From the NCBI GenBank assembly GCA_963717525.1, contig OY970343.1, forward strand, positions 1,344,001 through 1,408,000: 64,000 nt of DNA, read 5' to 3'. Source of the DNA: an uncultured Methanoregulaceae archaeon. Lineage in GTDB: Archaea; Halobacteriota; Methanomicrobia; Methanomicrobiales; Methanospirillaceae. The notes under the pieces are model-generated. The model ran no database searches. It was not told the origin of the DNA and worked only from the letters and a program-made list of their open reading frames with translations. A program made the position numbers and the translations under genes. Below, piece by piece: positions 48,342 through 59,371 of this stretch (positions within the stretch are counted from its first letter, which is position 1; each line of letters opens with the position of its first letter).

Positions 48342-49715
48342 ATGGCAATAAAAAAGATCCAGAAACAGCTCTTTGGAACAAACGGGGTCCGGGGAATCGC
48401 AGGAAAAGAGATTACTCCGGAGCTCACTCTCCATATTGGTAAAGCGCTTGGCACGATGCGACCAGGACAGATCGCGGTCGGCCGGGATACCCGGACCACC
48501 GGCCCGGTCCTTGCCAATGCGCTCAAGGCAGGACTTCTTGCAACCGGGTGCGAGGTTATTGATTGTGGCATATTACCGACGCCTGCCCTTCAGTACATCG
48601 TAAAAGAACACTATGACGGAGGGGCGATGATCACAGCCTCTCACAATCCTCCGGAGTATAATGGAGTGAAAATTATCGAACCTGACGGGACCGAGATGGG
48701 TGATGAAGAGACCATCCGGCTCGAAGAGCTGCTGTCAGATCATTCAATACCGGTCAGACCCTGGAATCAGGTTGGAACAGAGGTGACAGCTCTCCATCTG
48801 GTCGACGAATATATTCATGCTGTTGCCAGCCAGTTTGAAGAAAATATTGGAAGAGGAATGACGATCGTGGTTGATCCCGGATCCGGCCCGGCCTGCCAGA
48901 CCACCCCGGCAATCCTCCAGGCGCTGGGATGCCGCGTGCTTACCATCAATGGAGTTATGGATGGGACGTTTCCGGGGCGTTTACCGGAGCCTTCCCCGGA
49001 AGGCCTCGAAGGGCTTGCCGCACTGGTTCTGGCAAGTCACGCGGCATTCGGTGTCGCCCATGACGGTGATGCGGACCGGGCCGTGTTCATCGATAACAAA
49101 GGCGTTTTTGTGGAAGAGAATGATGAATTTGCACTCATTGTACAGCATATCTGCAAAAACGCGAAAGGCATAATTGTCACACCGGTCAGTACCTCCCAGG
49201 TAGTCGAACTGGTTGCCGTTGCCGCAGGATGTACTGTGCAGTACACCCCGGTCGGAAGTATCTATGTCGCCCGGACCATGCGTCAACTCGTAGAAACCGG
49301 AAATCCAGTGATATTCGGAGGAGAAGGCAATGGAGGTCTGATCTTCCCGAACCATCAGTTCTGCCGCGATGGTGGAATGACCGCTGCAGCGATGGTCTCG
49401 CTTCTTGCTGAAACCGGCAAGAGTCTGTCATCACTCATCGGGCAGTTGCCGAAGCGGTATATGATAAAGGAAAAGATCTCAACAACCCATGGAGCACAAC
49501 TTATCGAAGGACTCGGAAAATACTATGAAGGGGAGTCTGTTGATCATACAGATGGCCTGAAAATCAAAAGGCACAAAAAGTGGGCATTAATCAGAGCTTC
49601 TGGAACAGAACCACTTGTCCGCATCATGGTGGACGCCGCTGAGCGCGATGCAGGACTGGATCTGCTTTCTGAAATAAAAACATCGGTCTCTGAGATCCTT
49701 GACGAACTCCCGTGA
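48342..49715 (+). CDS. glmM: Phosphoglucosamine mutase / phosphohexomutase
   Basis: LFGTNGVRG, ITASHNP, DGDADR, GGEGNGG, RASGTEP. Confidence 0.88.
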   Translation: MAIKKIQKQLFGTNGVRGIAGKEITPELTLHIGKALGTMRPGQIAVGRDTRTTGPVLANALKAGLLATGCEVIDCGILPTPALQYIVKEHYDGGAMITASHNPPEYNGVKIIEPDGTEMGDEETIRLEELLSDHSIPVRPWNQVGTEVTALHLVDEYIHAVASQFEENIGRGMTIVVDPGSGPACQTTPAILQALGCRVLTINGVMDGTFPGRLPEPSPEGLEGLAALVLASHAAFGVAHDGDADRAVFIDNKGVFVEENDEFALIVQHICKNAKGIIVTPVSTSQVVELVAVAAGCTVQYTPVGSIYVARTMRQLVETGNPVIFGGEGNGGLIFPNHQFCRDGGMTAAAMVSLLAETGKSLSSLIGQLPKRYMIKEKISTTHGAQLIEGLGKYYEGESVDHTDGLKIKRHKKWALIRASGTEPLVRIMVDAAERDAGLDLLSEIKTSVSEILDELP

Positions 49716-49950
49716 GCAGGGGGCATTTCCTTCTGGTATCAGGATGATGGAGATAATCAATTTTTTTATAATTATAATATGTTCGATGGGGGATGTTTTA
49801 ATAGAACGTAACAAATAGACCGAAAAATCATTAAAATACAGATTTTGCAAAAATTTCAATGGAAATTCAAAAACAGAACTAATTTATGATTTATTGAAAA
49901 CACAAATTATATAAACTATTTGAGTTAATGTCACTTTGCTTCAATGATAA

Positions 49951-52900
49951 ATGCAACAACAGAGTGGCGTAATGATCCTATCTGCAACAGTTACAGAAAA
50001 AATACGACAGGCTCTCCTTAAGAAAGACTGGGGAGGGATCGATACAATTGTTGCCGACTCATTGCGGTTTAAGGAAAAACGGGCCCGGGCGCTGATGCAG
50101 CGAACCGTAAATGAGGTCATCCTTGATAGTGCAATTCAGAACAATATACCTGAAACACTCCTGGCAATTCGTACTATCCCTCCAGAAGGTGTGGATGATT
50201 TTTTCTTGATGGTTTTAAAACAGTATATAAAAACGGGAAATAAAAAATGGTTTGACATACTCTTCGTTCTCTCGGAAAAACTGGGAAAAAAAAGTTTGCA
50301 ATCAAAGATTGTCGCTCGCGTCGTGCAGGAACTCATCTCAGAAGGGATCACTGAATCTGATCCCTCATATATCGAACGTGGATTGGCAGTTTTGAATAAA
50401 ATCACGTTCAGGAAGTACCGGTCGGATTGTATTGTTGAATCTGCATTCAAAATCACCAGGTGGACAATTCTCAGTGGTAATAGTAAGCTTCTCTTCCAGG
50501 TCCGTGACCTTATCAGCGGGATTAAGGATGTATCAAAACGGGCGGCATTGCATGCAGAGATAGCACAAGCACTGGCCGCAATAGCAATTAAAAACGGAGA
50601 TTTCCACCTCTTTCTTGAAAGCATTCAATTCACGGCAGAAATTCACCAGAAACTCCGAAGGAGAGACTGCCTTAACCATATTATCAGCACGGGAATGAGA
50701 TCATCTTTTGGAAAAGATCTTCTTGATGTCCGTGCACTTATTACCCATTTTGAAGAACTCCCTCGTGATATTCAGGAGGAACTGATCAACTCCCTGACGG
50801 AACAACTTCTGGAACGGGTAAAAAATAAAAATCAGATCCATGATGATTTCCATTTTCTCAATAAGAAACTGCCCTTTGTTCGTGACCGCCTTATACAGAA
50901 TCTCTTGAAAATGGCAGAGCGATCCGGTGATCCGTGGTATCTTACAACTGCCGTTGACTTCCTCAAGGACAACCTGTCAGAAGAGAAGTCCGGGGTCAAA
51001 GATATCGTTCGGACGGGGATTGCCGTAGCCAGACATACCCACTCAACTCAGGTTCTTGTTAATCTTATACCGTTTGTGGAAAAAGCATGCAGCCGTCATG
51101 AAACCCCGGCGATCTATCTGCAGTTTTCGCAAATTATGCTGGAACTGGGAGATTTTGACCGTGCCACCACCTTGTTTTCCCAGATAATACCTCCTTATGA
51201 AAGTTCACCCCAGTATTGCGTCTGCCTTGCAAAATTACTCGAAGAGGGGATATCACATGACCAAGGATCGTCACAATTTGAGGAGATGCTGGGGAAAAAT
51301 AATCCTGCGGTCATTTCAAATGCCATATCCCAGACGATTCACCAGATCGGTCATGTTTCACGGTTTGGAGATATTGTAAAACACAGTGGTTCGTTAAAAC
51401 AGCTCCTGACCCTGCATACAGGATATGACGCCGATATCGTAGATTTTATCACAGCCCTGACAAACCGGGGATTTCTTGATTCCTGTGATTCTTTTATCCT
51501 GGTAGATCTTGCAAAATTAATCCAGAACCCATCGGTCAGGGAACAGGCAATATCAACCGTGGTGATGAAACTCGCGGAAATTGGCGTGAGAACCGGAAAC
51601 CGTGATTTTCTCCAGCAAGCCGTGGGGATCACCTGTCTGATTGAGAGGAGGGAAATCCGCTCTTCAACCCTGAGCAGCATCATTGACGACGCAGCTCTTC
51701 TTGCTGCTACCCAGGGGGACCTCGATCTCCTGTTACGAATGCGAATATGGAGCAGTTCCTTTCTGGACGCCGGCCTTGTAGCGTATGCAATTAAAAACAT
51801 TATAGAAGGAGTGATAAAATACGCAACCAGCAAACAGGATCCTGATGCCCTTGATGAAGCGTACCGCATCGCTCAGGATATAGAGGATCCATCGTTGCGC
51901 TTACAGATGTGCGAGCGCATCGCTGAGTCGTTTGTCAAGATAGGTTGCGACCTTATACAGGATCTCTCCATTACACAGACGAACCAGGTGAATACCACTA
52001 TCTTGTTAAAACCTTTTAAAAGAAGCCTTCAATTGTTAAAGGCCGAGGTGAAAAAGCCCCAGATCTCTTTGAAAATTGCCGGAATGATTGACATAATACT
52101 CTTCTCCTCAAAAAAGAGCACCGGGCGAGATTACATTCTTCCTTTGGCATTGTATTCCCTAGAGATAGAGAAACCCCTGGAACGCAATGCCATGATGTCG
52201 CGGATAATCGCCAAACTCAGCGAGGATATTGTTTATCCGGACTCCGCAGATCCCTACGAAGTCCTTGCGTACATTCTCCAGAACTGCTATCGCCTGAAAT
52301 CAACTCCTGAAACTATTGACCTTATTCATCGACTTCTTGATCTCATGCATGATCCCTTTATACGCCTCAGGGAATTGTGCACCCTTGCAGATTCAGCCTT
52401 CCGGATAAACGATCTCGTTCTATGCCAGAAAATTCTCGACGAGGTTTATCTGGCTCTCCCAAGTCTTCCCGCAGAATACCAGAAAATCCTGATTCTCGCG
52501 GATTTGACCACCGGATTTCGCGAGATCGACATGGAAAAATCAAGACTCTGTTTACATGAAGGGCTGGATATATTGCGGTTTGTGGAGCCTGACCGGAATA
52601 CCCTCGTACGCCGGCAGTTGGTATCCGCAATTGTCCGTACGGGCACCCTGCTTCCTGAAAAAATCAGGATGGATCTTATTTTAGAGATAATAGAAAAAAT
52701 CTCCGATCCGATAGAATATGTAACAGCACTCATTTCTGCATACTCCCTGGAGCGCGAATACAGGGGTGAAAATACCCTGCATCACATTTCAGAAGCAATC
52801 GCGCGAATTGACTCTCCGTACGACCGGGCCATACTTATTTTAAAAATCGTACCTCTGGCACTACAGAACGGCGAGGACGATTTTGCCCTTGACCTGTTGG

Positions 52901-53532
52901 ACAAAGCAGAAAAATTATCAAAATCCATAAACATCCAGCATGTGGCTGATTCAATACGCGATGAAATTGCAGGAATTCTGGTGGATTTTTCCAGAAGGCA
53001 GGGGGATTCAAAATATCTGAAAAAATCAGCGGAAATTATTGCACTTATAGAAGATGATTATTTACGTCAGTATCGTCTGGCCCAGATAGGTTTTGAGGAT
53101 GCACTGGAAAATAGCGTCCCCCATACAAAAATCATGTCAATCCTGACACGGATTAATAACGGGGGAGCGCCCGGGCAGATTATGACACTTGAACAGACCG
53201 TCCGTTCCATTACCGATCGGGGGAAAAGGGCACTTATCTATTGCAGGCTCTCCATTCTTTCCCGGGATAAGGCGGATCTGAAGACAGCAAAACGGATGTT
53301 AAATAATGCAATAAAAGAATCGGATATAATCAGACCCCTTTCAAAAAGGGCATACATACGATGTGATATCGCGATAAAGATGTATACTGCAGGTTATGAG
53401 AGCGTTGCACAGGATATCCTTGACGATGCAATAGATGCAGCTACAAACATCAGGCAGTCCATTCTCCGGGACGAGGTCTTTAATGAATTAAGGCTTGCCA
53501 TGAGAGTAATGCAGGGAGGCGGGCAGGAATGA
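49951..53532 (+). CDS. 1193-aa alpha-helical repeat (TPR/HEAT-like solenoid) hypothetical protein
   Basis: Recurrent A..I.D...R...L..IA-type units (e.g. AYRIAQDIEDPSLRLQMCERIA, AIDAATNIRQSILRDEVF); no TM or catalytic motif recognised. Confidence 0.8.
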   Translation: MQQQSGVMILSATVTEKIRQALLKKDWGGIDTIVADSLRFKEKRARALMQRTVNEVILDSAIQNNIPETLLAIRTIPPEGVDDFFLMVLKQYIKTGNKKWFDILFVLSEKLGKKSLQSKIVARVVQELISEGITESDPSYIERGLAVLNKITFRKYRSDCIVESAFKITRWTILSGNSKLLFQVRDLISGIKDVSKRAALHAEIAQALAAIAIKNGDFHLFLESIQFTAEIHQKLRRRDCLNHIISTGMRSSFGKDLLDVRALITHFEELPRDIQEELINSLTEQLLERVKNKNQIHDDFHFLNKKLPFVRDRLIQNLLKMAERSGDPWYLTTAVDFLKDNLSEEKSGVKDIVRTGIAVARHTHSTQVLVNLIPFVEKACSRHETPAIYLQFSQIMLELGDFDRATTLFSQIIPPYESSPQYCVCLAKLLEEGISHDQGSSQFEEMLGKNNPAVISNAISQTIHQIGHVSRFGDIVKHSGSLKQLLTLHTGYDADIVDFITALTNRGFLDSCDSFILVDLAKLIQNPSVREQAISTVVMKLAEIGVRTGNRDFLQQAVGITCLIERREIRSSTLSSIIDDAALLAATQGDLDLLLRMRIWSSSFLDAGLVAYAIKNIIEGVIKYATSKQDPDALDEAYRIAQDIEDPSLRLQMCERIAESFVKIGCDLIQDLSITQTNQVNTTILLKPFKRSLQLLKAEVKKPQISLKIAGMIDIILFSSKKSTGRDYILPLALYSLEIEKPLERNAMMSRIIAKLSEDIVYPDSADPYEVLAYILQNCYRLKSTPETIDLIHRLLDLMHDPFIRLRELCTLADSAFRINDLVLCQKILDEVYLALPSLPAEYQKILILADLTTGFREIDMEKSRLCLHEGLDILRFVEPDRNTLVRRQLVSAIVRTGTLLPEKIRMDLILEIIEKISDPIEYVTALISAYSLEREYRGENTLHHISEAIARIDSPYDRAILILKIVPLALQNGEDDFALDLLDKAEKLSKSINIQHVADSIRDEIAGILVDFSRRQGDSKYLKKSAEIIALIEDDYLRQYRLAQIGFEDALENSVPHTKIMSILTRINNGGAPGQIMTLEQTVRSITDRGKRALIYCRLSILSRDKADLKTAKRMLNNAIKESDIIRPLSKRAYIRCDIAIKMYTAGYESVAQDILDDAIDAATNIRQSILRDEVFNELRLAMRVMQGGGQE

Positions 53533-53822
53533 AAACCCTTGAGATTATAATAACCGGCAGAGTACAGAAGGTAGGTTTTCGTGCCTGTGCAAGAAAGATC
53601 GCCATAGATCTCAATGTTACCGGTACGGTTATGAATCTCGCTGACGGGAAAGTTCAGATCTATGCATCCGCAGACCCAATTATTCTTGAAAAATTCATTT
53701 CAATGCTCTATAGTTGCCCACGAGCGGTGATAAGGGATATGCACGCAACGGAAATTCTGCCAAGAACCTATGCAGAATTTTCTATCATCAAAAATAATGG
53801 AAGAATCAGTACATTACTGTAA
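53529..53822 (+). CDS. acyP: Acylphosphatase
   Basis: GRVQKVGFR (canonical GRVQGVGFR), GTVMNLADGKV; ATGA overlap with the upstream gene. Confidence 0.88.
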   Translation: MKTLEIIITGRVQKVGFRACARKIAIDLNVTGTVMNLADGKVQIYASADPIILEKFISMLYSCPRAVIRDMHATEILPRTYAEFSIIKNNGRISTLL

Positions 53823-54738
53823 AGTCTTCCATTTTTTGAATAACTTTTAAAAAATTATTCACCTGGTTATCGAGTTTTTGATTGTCGATAGATTTTCTAA
53901 ACGCAGAGATCAGATTTTTTATTAAGTTATCCGAGAGCATGCACCGTGAAGAGGTTTGTTCAAAGTCCCCAGGTTTGAGGGAATCCCGGGCGATGCTGCA
54001 TACAACGTGATCGATCATCTCCGCCTTGAAAGGTCCGATAAAATCCCGTACAAGCGATCCTGGGCCCTCATGCAAAAGGCCGAGATCGGGATCCAGCCGG
54101 GCGCCAATGACAGAGACGCAGCAATTCCCAAAGAGCATCGCATAGCCAAACGAGAAAATAGCATTGATAGGATCGCATTGCGGCTGCATCGTTCGCCTCC
54201 TGAAATCGAAACATTTGGGGATATCCCTTGACAGGATCTCATAATACATATTTGCCGTAAGGTCAGATAACCGGCGGAGTTCATCCGGTTTTTCCAGATT
54301 CTCGAGATCATGGAGGGCATTATGCAGGATCTGCTGTTCACCCTCGTAAAAAAGATGTGATCCACGCTGCTCCTGAAGAGTCTCGATCGCGATCAGCCGG
54401 GATTTAAGAGAAGCCTGTGCAATGGTTCTCGCGTACCGATGCCGGGGCAAGTCCTCCTGCAGGTGTTGAATTTGTTTGTCATGAGCATTTCCAAAGGGTT
54501 TTAGGATTCCGACGGGAGTGCCATCAGGTTCAAAAAATGAGATATACGACCCGTTTCTCAGCAGATGAGAGATGGTTGTCGAGCTCAGGTGATGTCCCCC
54601 CACAATGAGGAGATTCTTTATCTCATCAAGCGGGTATTCTTCGACACTTCCATTATGGAGGACAATTAATTTTTTTTGCGTGGACTTGATGTGAGCCCCA
54701 AACCCATACACTGCCAGCCAAGGGATCGTTCGTGACAT
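53806..54738 (-). CDS. cas1: Solo Cas1 homologue, catalytically degenerate
   Basis: Cas1 pattern throughout (YPLDEIKNLLIVGG, ISFFEPDGTPVG, FRRRT..P..DPINAIFSFGYAML, LDPDLGLLHE, SLVRDF); no cas2 or array nearby. Confidence 0.9.
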   Translation of the reverse strand: MSRTIPWLAVYGFGAHIKSTQKKLIVLHNGSVEEYPLDEIKNLLIVGGHHLSSTTISHLLRNGSYISFFEPDGTPVGILKPFGNAHDKQIQHLQEDLPRHRYARTIAQASLKSRLIAIETLQEQRGSHLFYEGEQQILHNALHDLENLEKPDELRRLSDLTANMYYEILSRDIPKCFDFRRRTMQPQCDPINAIFSFGYAMLFGNCCVSVIGARLDPDLGLLHEGPGSLVRDFIGPFKAEMIDHVVCSIARDSLKPGDFEQTSSRCMLSDNLIKNLISAFRKSIDNQKLDNQVNNFLKVIQKMEDFTVMY

Positions 54739-54935
54739 AAATGCCCGTGTGAAAAAGATTGATTTAATCTACATAGTGCCCTTTTTTTCCTGATTAAGGC
54801 ATCGCTTTTGGTCATTAAATCCACATAAACAATAGTTCATTGTTAATTTCTGCAGATTATGTTCACCTGTGAACGAAGAAGTATAAAGGATATAAGAAGC
54901 CATACGTACAGTGTCATGCAATAGCATAACAGGTG

Positions 54936-56232
54936 ATGCGGATGTTCTGGGATAAAAAAATGGAGACGCTGAAACCTGCGGCTCTCAAGGCTCTTCAGCT
55001 GAAGCGTCTGAAAAAAACCCTTCACGCAGTACAAAATGTTGAATTTTACCGGAAACAGTTTGAAAGCGCCGGGGTATCTGCTGCAGATATCAAGACTCTT
55101 GAGGATGTCAGGAAATTACCCTTCACTAAAAAACAGGACCTCCGCGATGGCTATCCTTTCGGGTTCTTTGCGGTCCCGATGCAAAAAATTGTTCGGATCC
55201 ATACAACCTCCGGGACGACCGGGAAACCCACCGTAGTCGGATATACCCGCGGGGATCTGGATACATGGGCAAATCTTATCGCCCGGAACATGACCATGAT
55301 CGGCATTGGTGAGAACGACATCTTCCAGAATATGGTCAATTACGGGATGTTCACCGGCGGACTGGGGTTTCATTACGGCGCAGAACTGATAGGGATGACC
55401 GTGATCCCAAGTGCAACAGGGAATAGCCGACGCCAGATTGAGATGATTCGCGATTTTGGCGTTACTGCCATCCATTGCACACCCAGTTATGCGATGCATC
55501 TGTCCGAGGTTGCCGAAGAGATGGGCGAAACCCTTGAGAGCCTGAAGACCGGTATTTTCGGGGCTGAACCCTGGTCGGATACCATGAGGCATACCCTCGA
55601 AGAACGTCTTGGTGTTACAGCATTCGATTCATACGGTATGAGCGAACTTTTTGGCCCGGGTGTCGCATTTGAATGCCCCGAGCGGGACGGCCTCCATATA
55701 TGGCACGACAGCTTCCTGGTAGAAATCATCGATCCAAAAACCGGCGAATGTCTCCCCGACGGGGAACGGGGCGAGATGGTGGTGACACCGCTGGTAAAAG
55801 AGGCCATGCCGCTCGGTACGCTACCGGACCGGTGATGTCACCATGCTCATGGAAGACGGGTGCCTCTGCGGCCGGGGGAAAAAGATCGCACGGCTGCGTG
55901 GAAGAAGCGACGATATGCTGATTATTCGTGGCATCAACGTTTTCCCATCCCAGATTGAACATGTCCTGCTCAGGATTCCGGAAGTCGGCAATCAGTTTAT
56001 GGTATATATAGACAGAATCAATCATCTGGATGAGATGACCGTGGAAGTCGAGATAAACAGGAGCTATTTCAGCGGGGAACTAGCAGAGCTTGCCAAGATC
56101 CAGAAAAAAGTGGTAAAAGAACTGCACGATACCCTTGAACTGAGGACAACTGTAAATCTGGTAGAACCGGGTTCGCTACCCAGGTTCGAGGGGAAAGCCA
56201 AACGGGTCATCGACCGGCGGGGTGATATCTGA
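54936..56232 (+). CDS. paaK: Phenylacetate-CoA ligase family protein 1 (frameshift ~55820)
   Basis: HTTSGTTGKP, YGMFTGGLG, GAEPWS, YGMSE, GRSDDMLIIRGINVFPSQIE. Confidence 0.88.
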
Positions 56233-57534
56233 TGCAGGTACTGGGATCCAAGAGTGGAAGAGATGCCAGCGGCGGATCTCCGGAAAGTCCAGTATAAATT
56301 ATTAAAAAGCCTGGTCTGCCGGCTCTACAGCTTCTCACCCTTTTACCATGACCGTATGAAAGAGCAGAAGGTCCATCCGGATGATATCCGGGAGTTATCC
56401 GATATCGGAAAACTCCCCTTCATGTTCAAGCGGGATCTCCGGGATAATTATCCCAACAGGATCTTCACGGCTTCACAGGACGAACTCGTACGGTATCATG
56501 TCTCCTCCGGGACCACAGGAAAGCCAACGGTAGTGGGCTATACGCAGAGAGATCTCGATCTCTGGACCTCCTCACTTGCCCGGGCGCTCACCTCCATCGG
56601 TCTGGGGAGAGGCGACGTTATCCAGGTCAGTTACGGTTACGGCCTGTTCACCGGAGGTCTTGGCGTGCACTACGGGGCCGAGCGAATCGGCGCAACCGTT
56701 CTCCCGACCAGCGTCGGGAACACCGAGCGCCAGATTGAATTGATGCAGGATCTCAACGTAACCGCCATTGCCTGCACTCCTTCCTACCTTCTCCATATCG
56801 GGGAGGTTGCGGAAAAGATGGGCTTCGATATCAAAAAGGACTCCTGCCTCAAAACAGGAATTCTTGGCGCCGAACCCTGGACTGAAGGGATGCGTACCAG
56901 GATAGAAAACTGGCTGGGTATCAAGGCGTACGACATTTACGGAACAAGCGAACTCTCCGGGCCGATGTTTACCGAATGCGCCCAACAGAACGGTTTTCAT
57001 ATCTGGTCGGATATCGCTTATGCAGAGATCATCGATCCAAAGACCGGTGAATCGCTCGAAGCGGGAGAGAAGGGTGAATTAACCATCACGATGCTCCAGA
57101 AAGAAGCGCTCCCGATGATCCGTTACCGGATTGGTGATATAGCATCTATAGATGAGGATGTATGCCCCTGCGGCAGAACGAGCCCAAGGATCAACAGGAT
57201 CCAGGGAAGAGTGGACGATATGCTGATCATCAGGGGAATCAATGTATTCCCTTCACAGGTAGAATACACCCTGATGTCAATTCCCGAAGTCGGGCAGCAT
57301 TTCCAGATCGTTGTCGAGCGGTCAGGTGCGCTTGATGATATGCTGGTGAGGGTCGAATTGACAAAAGAGTCATTCAGTGACAAGATCACTGACCTCATGA
57401 AGATCCGACAGAGCGTAGAACACCGGCTCCGAAACGCGCTGAGCGTAGCCGTGGATGTTGAACTGGTGGAGCCGGGATCACTGCCACGGTTTGAAGGTAA
57501 GTCAAAAAAAGTGATCGATAAGAGGGTGTTGTAA
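56232..57534 (+). CDS. paaK: Phenylacetate-CoA ligase family protein 2 (probable +1 break just after the ATG)
   Basis: HVSSGTTGKP, YGLFTGGLG, YGTSE, RYRIGD, GRVDDMLIIRG. Confidence 0.88.
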
Positions 57535-57535
57535 G

Positions 57536-57970
57536 ATGGACAGGAAAAAGTATGTAATTAAACAGATCTCGATATTCTCGGAAAACCGCCCGGGCAGGCT
57601 GGCCTCGGTCGCCCAGGCACTGGGGGAAGAGAAGGTCAATATCCTTGCGTTCAGCATTGCAGAGGCAAGCGGGTTTGGCGTTATCCGGGCACTGGTTGAT
57701 CACCCGCAAAAAGCATATGAAAAACTCTCGTCGCTGGGATTCAATGTTGCCTTCACCGATGTTATCGCTGTCCAGATGAAAGACCAGCCCGGGGGGCTTT
57801 TTGAAATAGCAAAAGTTCTGGGTGACGCCGGCATCAACATTGAATATTCCTATGCCTATTCAGGGAAAAAGGCCGCGGTGCTCATCCTCCGCGTGGATCA
57901 GGTAGACGATGCAATAGAGAAAATACTGGCATCCGGGGCGACACTGCTGGAATATTCAGTCTTCCATTAG
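57536..57970 (+). CDS. ACT domain-containing protein
   Basis: QISIFSENRPGRL and DQPGGL...INIEYSYA tandem ACT domains, a typical paaK neighbour. Confidence 0.9.
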   Translation: MDRKKYVIKQISIFSENRPGRLASVAQALGEEKVNILAFSIAEASGFGVIRALVDHPQKAYEKLSSLGFNVAFTDVIAVQMKDQPGGLFEIAKVLGDAGINIEYSYAYSGKKAAVLILRVDQVDDAIEKILASGATLLEYSVFH

Positions 57971-57978
57971 TTCCAGTT

Positions 57979-59265
57979 TCACTTCTTTTCCCATTTTATC
58001 AGTTCGGCCACCGCTGAGAGCGTGCTGCCCCGGCGGATCTCCTCGCGGATCCTCGCCTCGGTTTTTTTGACCTCGAGTGCTCTTCGGGCAACTTCATAGG
58101 CCCGCTCGCCAGGGATTACAACAACACCGCTTTCATCCCCGACAATCCAGTCACCGGGCCGGATGTATTGTCCGCAACACTGGATCTCGGCGTTGATCTC
58201 CCCGAATCCCTTGGGCTCACCGGCATTGGGTACGACAGCACGGGCAAAAAGAGGGAAATTCATCGCACGGATGTCATCGATGTCGCGGGCTGCCCCGTCG
58301 ATCACGACTCCGGCAATGCCTCTTTGTATACAACTCAATGTTGCAAGTTCACCCCAGGGGGCGACATGGACGCAGCCATCGTTGTTGATCACAAGAACGC
58401 TGCCGGGTGCCGCAGCTTCTATGGCCTCCACGGGTTTGGCCCAATCACCGGCTACAGTGCGTACGGTTACCGCTTTTCCCGCCATCTTCACATTTCCACA
58501 AAGTGAGACCAGTCCCGGGAGCGCACCCTTCCGGTGCATCGCGTCGCTGATATTGGGGGTGGATACCTGCATCAGAAGCGAATGGATCTCCTCATCCGGG
58601 TTCATTTTTTCAGGAGCCACGAGGGATGGCGAATCAAGGGACTGGCGGATCGTGCGGGCCGATCCCGTGACATCGGCAGAACGGGCAATCCACCCGCCGA
58701 CAATTACGATATCCGCACCCTCCTTCGCAGCCTCTCCTGCAGTAGCAGCATCAAGACCTCCCGCAACTGCAACCGGAATGTGGATTTGGCCTTGGAGAGC
58801 CCGGAGAAGGTCCAGGGAGTTCTTCCCGATCATCTGCTGATCGATACCAACATGGGCGGCGATGATATCTACCCCCAGAGATTCAAGTTCCCGGGCACGT
58901 ACCACAGGATCCCGGACATTGATAAGATCTGCCATCAGCTTGGTCCCGTATAACCGGCTGGCCCGCACTGCTTCTGAGATAACTGCATCGTCCGCATCGG
59001 CAAGGATACAGACAATACTGGCCCCGGCTTTTGCAGCCATCTCGACTTCCATGGTGCCAGTATCGGCAATCTTCATATCTGCAACAATCACTGCATCCGG
59101 GAACTGCCCGCGTAACGTACGGATAGCCTGCATCCCCTCGCTTTTGATAAGCGGTGTACCGGCTTCAATCCAGTCTGCCCCACCGGCGAGTGCCTCTCTT
59201 GCGATGTGCACAGCCCGTTTTAATTCGAGAAGGTCCAGTGCAACCTGCAGGACTATCTTTTTCAT
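57979..59265 (-). CDS. Bifunctional hexulose-6-phosphate synthase / RraA-like protein
   Basis: [24 protein letters not shown] plus [32 protein letters not shown]. Confidence 0.9.
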   Translation of the reverse strand: MKKIVLQVALDLLELKRAVHIAREALAGGADWIEAGTPLIKSEGMQAIRTLRGQFPDAVIVADMKIADTGTMEVEMAAKAGASIVCILADADDAVISEAVRASRLYGTKLMADLINVRDPVVRARELESLGVDIIAAHVGIDQQMIGKNSLDLLRALQGQIHIPVAVAGGLDAATAGEAAKEGADIVIVGGWIARSADVTGSARTIRQSLDSPSLVAPEKMNPDEEIHSLLMQVSTPNISDAMHRKGALPGLVSLCGNVKMAGKAVTVRTVAGDWAKPVEAIEAAAPGSVLVINNDGCVHVAPWGELATLSCIQRGIAGVVIDGAARDIDDIRAMNFPLFARAVVPNAGEPKGFGEINAEIQCCGQYIRPGDWIVGDESGVVVIPGERAYEVARRALEVKKTEARIREEIRRGSTLSAVAELIKWEKK

Positions 59266-59371
59266 AAATTATGATTGGGGTGTAAGGGATGTTTAAGCAT
59301 TGTGAGGGTAGATCCCGAACGGATCATCAGGAAAAAAGGCAAAAAACAAGAATAGGAGGTTTTGGTAATAA

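Noticed and set aside
49951..54738. Casposon
   Set aside because: No family B polymerase and no TIR or TSD flanking cas1; the neighbours are housekeeping genes and the active site is degenerate.
49716..54935. CRISPR array or cas operon around cas1
   Set aside because: The gaps at 49716-49950 and 54739-54935 contain no regularly spaced repeats (only an isolated ATTGAAA), and no other cas genes are present.
57979..59265. Two HPS fusions (Fae-HPS and HPS-RraA) as a novelty
   Set aside because: Both fusions are known in methanogenic archaea.
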